Part shown: one piece after another, positions 55,550-64,000 of the stretch
How the letters are laid out: each line of letters opens with the position of its first letter
Numbering within the stretch: the first letter of the stretch is position 1
Source: Octopus vulgaris
Taxonomy: Eukaryota
Length of the DNA: 64,000 nucleotides
Assembly: GCA_951406725.2 (NCBI GenBank)
Contig: OX597830.1
Span: 30,194,001-30,258,000, forward strand
Direction of reading: 5' to 3'
The notes under the pieces: model-generated
Told to the model about the DNA's origin: nothing
The model's database searches: none
The model's input: only the letters and a program-made list of their open reading frames with translations
Program-made: the position numbers and the translations under genes

Positions 55550-55965
55550 ACTGCTATTCTCTCATAAACTAGTATTTATATATATTTCTGTGAAAGAGTA
55601 TGTATGTGTATGCATGTATGTGTATTCGTGCGTGCGATGGGGCGTTTATGTGTATGTGTGTGTGTGTGTGTGTGTCTGCGTTCGAGTGTATATTTGTATG
55701 TAAGAAAGACGGAGAGAAAGAAAGAGAGACAGAGAGGGGGTGAATTGATGATGTTATCTGTGTGTATTGTGTAGGTGTGTACATGTGTATGCGCATATGT
55801 GTGCGTGTGTCTATGGTTAACTAATGACAGATATTATTGCAATGAAGATTCAACTCATTTTTTTACCTCGATTTTATGAGTTTAACATGCCGTCTCATTT
55901 TACATCTCAATATTATACACAAACACACACTCACACAAACACACACATACACATACACACACAAT

Positions 55966-56011
<46 letters not shown>

Positions 56012-58028
56012 CATATATATACATATATATATATATACATATATATATGTATATATATACATATATATATATATGCATATATATATATATTTATATATAT
56101 ATGTGTGTGTATATATATATGTATATATATATATATATAAATATGCACACATTTATACAAACATACATAAATTTATGTATCTATGCATAAGTATATGTAT
56201 AGACGCATGTATGTATGTATGTATGTATGTATGTATGTATGTATGTATGTATGTATGTATGTATGTATGTATATGTTATACCCACACAAATACAGGCACA
56301 CAGGAGTATGAAGCAGATACGCTTGTCACTCGGCATACCACTACACACATACAGACACATACAGAGGTTATATTAGATGTATGTTATTCGAATTTAGAAT
56401 ATTTAATGAATATTTCGTATATAACCGATCATTGTAAATGTTATATATATGTGTGTGGTCGAAATACTCGCTAATGTTCAAGTTTGTTTGCTTTAATTTT
56501 TTTCATCAACCCCGTTCTCTTTCAAAATAGCTAAAACTTTTGTATCAAATTATTTTACATCTGGGGCGTATGTAGTAAAAACAAGGGATAACACAGTTTT
56601 CAGGTCTTACTTTATAGAATATTATATATCATAAACGACATTTAGTGCCTTTGGGAAAATAATGACTGATGCTGCTTCCCATTTCTTCTCATTTCTTCAA
56701 AAAAAAAATAATAATAATAGTTCTTTTTTGTGTTTTTTTGTTATTGCTGTTGCTATTGCTGTTGTTATTTTTGTTTTTGTAGTTGTCGCTAAGTCCCAAA
56801 ACGGGTTTGAATAAGTTGACTAAACTAATGAAACATCGCGTTCCATCCGTGACCACCATGTCGTTTTGTATATCTAGGAGTATATTATACGAAGGTTTCA
56901 TCTATTTGTCGAGCTGAGGTAGAATTTGTAAAAAAAAAAAGGAAAAAAAGGTTTGTATTTCTAGCAGATTAAGAGGTCGCATACAGCTTCTCTTTAGAAT
57001 GGATTCTATTATAAGCACAAGTCTTACCAATTTTGGACCCTAAAAAAACGAAAATGTGATGTGTAGTTGTTTATATCTTATATCGATACTTGTATTTGAA
57101 CAATATTCATTTTACACCCTCCTCGATTTCTCTGAAAAATAAAAAAGACAAAAAAAATACAAAGTTGATGAGATTCGAATGTGTAACCAATGATTGTAAA
57201 ATAACGACTCCCTCACTTTAGCAATATTACAACTCAACGTCTTCTCTTTCGAAATTTTAAGAATTACTAACTTTGACACGATACCATAAATATATTTGGA
57301 AGGTAAAAAGTAAATATAATCTACCTCAGTAGCTTACTGGATATTCATTGGTCTTTAACTGATTACTTGATCTGCTAGGAATAATCATGAAGTCCCCATC
57401 TGACCACAGTTTCTCTTCTATATAAAAATTTAATGAATAACGCATTAGACAAATGTAGTTCCATATACACTCTGCCCCAAAACTGATTGGATAATCATGA
57501 CTGGAATGTTTTTCATCGAAGGCCTGATCGATCATGCTTGATCTTGACTCAGACACAACAACAACAGCTGCTGGTAATGTATGCATCCGACTAAAATGAA
57601 AGCCAAGTTGATTGATGATGGGAGTCTACCAAAAAACGATGTAACCAGATAATTCACCAAGAACTACCAAGGGAGTATTTGCTATCGTTGTTTCGGATTG
57701 CGTATAAATCTTTCCCATTACATTTCTGCTGTTGTTACCAAAATCTTGGTGGGAATATAAGGACTCCAAACGGCGCGGTACAGAAAATTAAATATCGCTT
57801 TAATTGCAATTCAAGCGTTCTATTAAGCTAGGTCATTTTGGTAATGGCCACCATTTTCACAATATATGGACACCATTGACTGCCACAAAGCTCATCCATT
57901 TTTGATGGACTTGGGCTTTTACCTTCGATCCCGGTACAGAACTTGCTGTCATGCAAAGCCCAATAGTAGTGAAGACGGGGGATGTACGATTGAATCGACT
58001 ATTCCTCTACCTTGACTAAGTAATATTG

Positions 58029-58222
58029 GCTCAAGGCCAGAAATTTCTGCCGAAGGAGAAAGTCGGTTACATCGACCTCGGTGCTCAAAAGGTACTTATT
58101 TTATCGAAAGGATGAAAAGTTAAGCCGACTTCGGCGGAATTTGAACTCAAAAACGTAAAGACGAACGAAATGCCGCTAAGCATTTTGCCCGGCGTGCTAA
58201 CAATTCTACCAGCTCGCCGCCC
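58029..58222 (-). mobile_element. SINE C with alternative tail
   Basis: Flanked by TTGA(C/G)TAAGTAATATTG duplication. Confidence 0.8.
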
Positions 58223-59241
58223 TTTGAGTAAGTAATATTGAAATTACATGGTTACTAATAGCAGGTTTCTGTAAGCCCGTGATGGAAAAGGTCCTGATTG
58301 GACATGTTGTTTGTACATGTTCGTATGAGGTATATAGCCAAAAGATGCGGCAAAAATAAACTCTTACGTGCGATCTAAAGACGATGTTTCCATTAATATG
58401 ACATGGTATTAATATGAGATGCAGTTTTTGGGAGTGCTTCAGTGTATTTCATTGTGATATATTTCAAGTTTTAAGCAGTAGTGTTGTTATATTTTTGCAT
58501 GTTTGTTACTAGGCTTGCACCTCGCTTCCACTGACAGCTTCTTTTTGCTTAGCATGCGGCCAGTTATTGGCTACAATACAATCAAACGTGACTGAGAACA
58601 TAGCTAATTTTTAACTAGGTACATAACCAGATTTGACTGGATTGATGTATAACATTTGGCTCAGTATATAGCCAAATTTTCCAAAGAGAATCCATAGGGA
58701 CAAGAGAAACTATCCCAGTAGAATAGTGGTATTATACTTATGAAGTGTCATTGCCAAATGTACGTAATTGATCTTTCTGTTCACTCCCTTTGTCCACATT
58801 AAGAACTGTGTGATAAGTCCAAAGTGGACCACAATGAGTTTTGCGAACAGAGTGGAGAGACACGAGATAGGAACAGTGTTTTTCATTTTAATCTTTCAAC
58901 GTTCCTTTTTCTGTCAAAAAAGCACGACTTTTTTATATATTTAAGGTATACAATTACAAACAAAATTTCTTGTGTTCTTTTAATATAAGTGATAGATGCG
59001 CATCTAAAAACTTGTTGACAACAATTTTATTTTATATTTTAAGAAGCATTTGTATTGTCATATTTATCGATTTTTTAATTGAGGTTAACCTACTTCTGAA
59101 ATAATAACTAAATATAGTATGTAAAGTCGATTTAATAAAGATTTTCTCTGGACACAAACGCCTTTCCCGTTATGTAATGCATGATTGGATTTCAACAGCT
59201 GTGCGAGTGCTTCATAATCGAGTTTCTTAACGATGTCCTCA

Positions 59242-59456
59242 TAAGTGTAGGTGCTGAAAAGTTCCTGGCTTTAATGGTATCGCGAAAGGCCTGGCTGGAG
59301 GCCCAGCCCTCCGAGCACTTTTACAGGGCTTAGAAAAACTGAAGGAACATTGCAATAAGTGTGTGAGGCTGAGAAGGGAAAATGTTGAATAAAATCATGA
59401 TTAACTGATACTCCTGTATTTTCTTTTAGCCAGGAACTGTTCTCGACTCATTCGTA
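59242..59456 (+). mobile_element. Internally deleted mariner (MITE)
   Basis: GTGCTGAAAAGTTCCTGGCT versus AGCCAGGAACTGTTC..CGTA; remnant GLEKLKEHCNKCVRLRRENVE* resembles the mariner C-terminus. Confidence 0.75.
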
Positions 59457-59614
59457 CTTTCTTGCATAAAGAGAATTGCATCCTTTTCTCCGTCTTTAAG
59501 AGTTATATATTGGAATGGTTTCTAATTCTGGAACAAATTTAAAGACTGAATGGAGAATATTACAGTTTCTGATAATTCAATGCGTTTTTCTTATGTTTTT
59601 TTTTTTCTTCTTTT

Positions 59615-59821
59615 TGTTTTACTTGCTTCAGTCATTAGACTGCGGCCATGCTGGAACATCGGCTTGATTAATTTTATGCCAAATGAATTGACCCCAGTAC
59701 TTACTTCTTTGCTAAGTCTGGGACTTATTCTATCGGTCTCTTTTGCGGAACCGCTAAGTTACCGAGACGTAAACACACCAACACCGGTTGTCAATGGGTG
59801 CAGGAAACTCAGACACAAAGC

Positions 59822-59879
<58 letters not shown>

Positions 59880-60035
59880 ACAAGCAGGATTTCTCCAGTT
59901 TCCGTCTACCAAATCCACTCAAAAGGCTTTGGTTAATTCGAGGCTATAGTAAAAGACACCTACGCAAGGTGTCACGCAGTGGGACTGAACACGGAACCCT
60001 GATGTTACAAGGCATAATTTTTACCTCACAGCTAT
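59615..60035 (-). mobile_element. SINE B, diverged
   Basis: Reverse tail, internal TA tract and head. Confidence 0.8.
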
Positions 60036-60157
60036 GCTCTACTATCGTATTAACAATGCCAATGACGACAATGACGTCACCAACAACAGGAACTTACCAC
60101 TGACAAATAAACAGTGGTGTCAAATGCTTGACATATGATCAATCTACATAAGGGTGG

Positions 60158-60472
60158 GTGAAGGCGCGTGACTTAGTGATTAGGGTAATCGGTTCACGAT
60201 GGTAGGGTCAAGAGTTCAATTCCCGATGACGCGTTGTGTCCTTCGGCAAGAAACTTTACTTCATGTTGCTTCAGTCCATTCAGCTGGCAAAAATGAGTAG
60301 TGCCTGTATTTCAAAGGGCCAGCCTTGTCACACTCTGTGTCATGCCGAATTTACCTGAGAAAAACATTAAAGGTACACACGTTTGTAGAGTACTCAGTCA
60401 CTTGCACGTCAATTTCACGAGCGGGCTTTTCTTTTGATCGGATTAACTGGAACCCACGTTGTCGTAACCGAT
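60158..60472 (+). mobile_element. Chimeric SINE: A2 head/body with A tail
   Basis: CAGCTGGCAAAAATGAGTA joined to GTATTTCAAAGGGCCAGCCTTGTCACAC. Confidence 0.8.
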
Positions 60473-60497
60473 TGACATTTTGTATGGGTGGAGTAAT

Positions 60498-61117
60498 ATT
60501 CTTTTCTACTCCAGGCATACAGCTCGAAATTTTGGGGCAGGGGGGGCGCAGTCGATTAGCTCGATCCCAGTATGCAACTGGTACTTAGTTTATCGACCCC
60601 GAAAGGATGAAAGGCAAAGTCAACCTCGCCGGAATTTGAACTCAGAACGTAGCGGCAGACGAAATACCTATTTCTTTACTACCCACAAGGGGCTAAACAC
60701 AGAGGGGACAAACAAGGACAGACAAACGGATTAAGTCGATTACATCGATCCCAGTGCGTAACTGGTACTTAATTTATCGACCCCGAAAGGATGAAAGGCA
60801 AAGTCGACCTCGGTGGAATTTGACCTCAGAACGTAACGGCAGACGAAATACCGCTAAGCATTTCGCCCAACATGCCAACGTTTCGTATTTCTTTATTGCC
60901 CACAAGGGGCTAAACACAGAGGGGAAAAACAAGGACATACAAACGGATTAAGTCGATTACATCGACCCCAGTGCGTTGCTGGTACTTATTTAATCGACCC
61001 CGAAAGGATTAAAGGCAAAGTCGACCTCGGTGGAATTTGAACTCAGAACGTAACGGTCGACGAAATACCGCTAAGCATTTCACCCGGCGTGCTAACGTTT
61101 CCGCCAACTCGCCGCCT
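60498..61117 (-). mobile_element. SINE C head-to-tail trimer
   Basis: Three units inside one duplication TGGGTGGA(G/A)TAAT at 60485-60497 and 61118-61130. Confidence 0.85.
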
Positions 61118-62729
61118 TGGGTGGAATAATGTTAATTGAGTTGTTCCCAATATGTAATTAATTCGATGCATAACAGAATCAGTAATGTGTCCCTTTACTT
61201 TCGGAGTGCTACTATGGCTTGGCTTAACTTACATTTTCTGTCTTCTATGATCGATGAAATATGCACAGTGAGAGGCAGGTAGAGCTATAGGAGCGTGGAA
61301 TGCATTATTGCAAATGGTTTTTGCTTTACAACCATATGGTTCCCGATCCGATTACCATGCACGGCACCTGGGCCGAATCTAAGAAGCCTGAATGTTAAGT
61401 AACCGAGAAATCAGAATACCGAAAACCCAGAAAATGGGATATCGAAATGTCGAAAAGAAAAACTCCGAATTTTAATATATTTAGTATAAGAAAAACATAT
61501 CTCAAAGGCGTTTACTTATAGTTATATAGTTCTAAAGTAAAGTTTATTTCAGAAACATATGGCATATTTGATTTTGCCGTTATTGTTGCTGTTGCTGTTG
61601 CAGTTATACCATGTCAGAATAAGAAAAGAAAGCAAGATAAGGTGATCATTTTCACTAAATAAACTAACCAACTAACAATATAACTAACTAAAAACTAACT
61701 AAATAAATAACTAAATAAATAAATATATGTGAAGTGCAGGGATACTATTTCGAAGTCATAAGAGAAAACTCAAATTGTTGATTCGAACAAATATTTCCGG
61801 TCTTTAATTTCCCTCTTATTTTCCCAGTTCAAACATAGACTTACAGAACGACTGAAAGACCGAAGTCTGTCTAATCTGTATGACGCAGAGAAAGAATGAC
61901 GGCAAAGGGAGATAAGTAAAAAAACAAAAAAAAAGTCCTGTCGCAATCTCTCAAAATTTGCTTGCCTGTAGGGAAACCGCACTGTTTCTTGCATTCAAAA
62001 GATTTTATGCTGAAATCGATTCCGGTGAAGATCAAATGAAGTCAGAACGCAATGTTTTTTTTTCCTTTTTAAACAATTTTTAAGACTGTAGAGAAATGTC
62101 TTCTAATGTTTTTTTTCCTGCCGTTTCCATCTAAAATAGTTTAAACTTCTAAGTTTTTATTTTTCGTCATTTTGGCATTCGGGATTCTGTGTTTTTGATT
62201 TCGTTCTCTTTTCTAAATTTCCGGTATTCTAATATTTTCATGATTTGGAATTGGGCCTTCACGTACTTAGAGTCACTATCGACACTTTACCGCATTTGCT
62301 ACTTGAGGAAGTGTTTAAATGTCTTCTACTGACCAGCGCCTTTTCGATAGATGTTCTTCAGCAGAAACGGTATTGAAAACTGTATGTATGTATATATAAT
62401 ATGTATCGTCATCGTCATTGTCGTCATCGCCGTTGTCGTTGTCCAAGTCATCGACGGCGGCGGTGGCGGCTTTATCTCGTATCCGTGAATTTAATTTCTT
62501 CATTGCTGAAATCTTCCTTTATGATGATGGCGTTGATGAGTAAGTAGACCAATTCTTGCATAGAAGAGTCAATGGCACTGACTGCATGGTAATAATGGTG
62601 GAAGATAACCCTTTCTCTCCTGTCGTTTGGTTTTTATGCCTTTTCTTCTCTGCTGGCTTTGAAGTTTTTTGGTTCCGATAGTAAAGGAACACCGCTAGTT
62701 GACACAGTCTCGAGCTTGCGTCTTAAAGC

Positions 62730-62875
62730 TGACTATGAAACTCCGACTTCGATGGTCAGAACATGTAGCAAAAAGGGAAGAATCAAGTCACGCCAAGTCT
62801 TATTCAGCGAGTTCAAATTACCGAAAAAAAAGAAAAAACGGGGTTACGCTCTTCGAAGTTACAAGAACCAACACA
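62730..62875 (+). mobile_element. RTE-clade LINE fragment
   Basis: MKLRLRWSEHVAK / RQVLFSEFK..KRG..RSYKNQ resembles RLRWAGHV.RM..PRQ.L..EL..GKR.RG..RYKD. Confidence 0.65.
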
Positions 62876-62990
62876 AAACAACATAATATGTATAATATGT
62901 ATGTATATATTTATATTATAATTAAATTAAAATAAATTTTGAAATACGACATTAGATAAATTAGCTGAAGCTTTCGTTATTAAAAAAAAA

Positions 62991-63314
62991 GGCGTTCTTT
63001 CGTTTTAACTCAACAAAACCATAACAGGACCTCGGTTGTTTCCGTGACAACTCGATAATTCACTTCGGATATCTTCGTGACATCCGAAAATTTACGGATT
63101 TTACATACACACATGAAGCAGGTAAGTACAAATATGCAAGGCGTTTTGCTGGCATAATTTCGTTAAATCTATATTCAACAACACATAAATACATAGAAAC
63201 AGAACAAACACACTGTCATAGAGGTCACGAAGATGTCCGAAGTGAGTTGCCGAGTTGACACGGAAACAACCGAGGTCTTGTTATAGTTTTGTCGAGTTAA
63301 AACGAAGGAACTCC
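62991..63314. mobile_element. MITE with about 90-bp TIRs (Mutator-like candidate)
   Basis: GGCGTTCTTTCGTTTTAACTC..CTTCGTGAC versus GTCACGAAG..GAGTTAAAACGAAGGAACTCC; A-rich flanks AAAAAAAAA and AAAAGAAAG. Confidence 0.65.
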
Positions 63315-64000
63315 AAAAGAAAGATCATAATTGTAATATTAAATATATTATTATCTTTTTTATTTTACGATGCATTGTTTGAATCCGAAAGTGGTAGAAC
63401 AAAAAAATTAGGAACGTCTGTCTGACAGGGAAAGTGACATGTGGCAGTTTAGTAGAATCGAATCCGTTTTCTCGTCAAATCTAATGACGATTTCTTTTCC
63501 AGTAGATTCTTCAAAACTAAAAAACTTGCCTGCTAGGTCAATGAGTTCATCAAACTTATTCATTTCGACATGGGCCACTCTTCAGACTGGGTCATTTCAT
63601 TTCTAAATAGCAGTTCAAAGATGAAAGCAAAACACATGGTCTATATATGTGATGGCATAGCAACAACCACCCCGCATCAACCCTACCCCCATATCTTTAC
63701 TCAGCTTCTGGCTTCTATCGACTAAATATATAAATAAATAGATTAAATATACGTAAAGAAAGAACGAAATGAAATAGACTAAGTACAAAAACAAGAAATT
63801 TAATTAACAAAATAAATATAAACCTACAGTAATTATATACAAGGGTATGTGTGTATGTGTATACATATATAAATGCTGAAATATATGTGTGCGTGTAGAG
63901 ATGTTTATATGTATGTATATGAGTACTAATTAGTATGTACGTACATGTGGGGATATATATATATATATATATACATATATGTGTGTGTATGTATATCTAT

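Noticed and set aside
57700-57900. Possible piggyBac transposase relic (..WPPFSQYMD..)
   Set aside because: Needs several frameshifts; similarity too weak to support without a profile search
60498-61117. CRISPR-like or satellite interpretation of repeated units (also 1848-2506, 43205-43995)
   Set aside because: Units are SINE copies with no unique spacers, and there are no cas genes in this eukaryotic context
63405-63580. Short minus-strand open frame MNKFDELIDLAGKFF..
   Set aside because: About 50 codons, no recognisable domain or convincing splice context

Overview
AT-rich, microsatellite-saturated eukaryotic non-coding DNA. The SINE repertoire and repeat landscape look like a coleoid cephalopod (Octopus-like) genome; this is pattern recognition, not a database result. 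I find no host protein-coding exon I can support, and almost all listed ORFs are translations of (TA)n, (CA)n, (TAGA)n, (TACA)n and (AAT)n tracts. The rest is a transposon mosaic: three tRNA-like SINE groups (labelled A, B, C here), CR1/L2-type, RTE and RLE-endonuclease (R4/Dong-like) LINE fragments, decayed mariner and Tc1 elements, several MITEs, and a Penelope-like element (PLE) remnant with a GIY-YIG domain. The most striking hidden signal is a dense set of unrelated short elements, mostly embedded in (TA)n tracts and often folded into long inverted repeats, carrying minimal type I hammerhead ribozyme motifs with palindromic or very short stem III. Their cores show three Watson-Crick versions of the 3:8 pair (CUGANGA, UUGAAAA, GUGAACA), and some carry junctions consistent with snap-back synthesis. 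PLE hammerheads are known in general; the core variants, family diversity and (TA)n association seen here are what merit follow-up.
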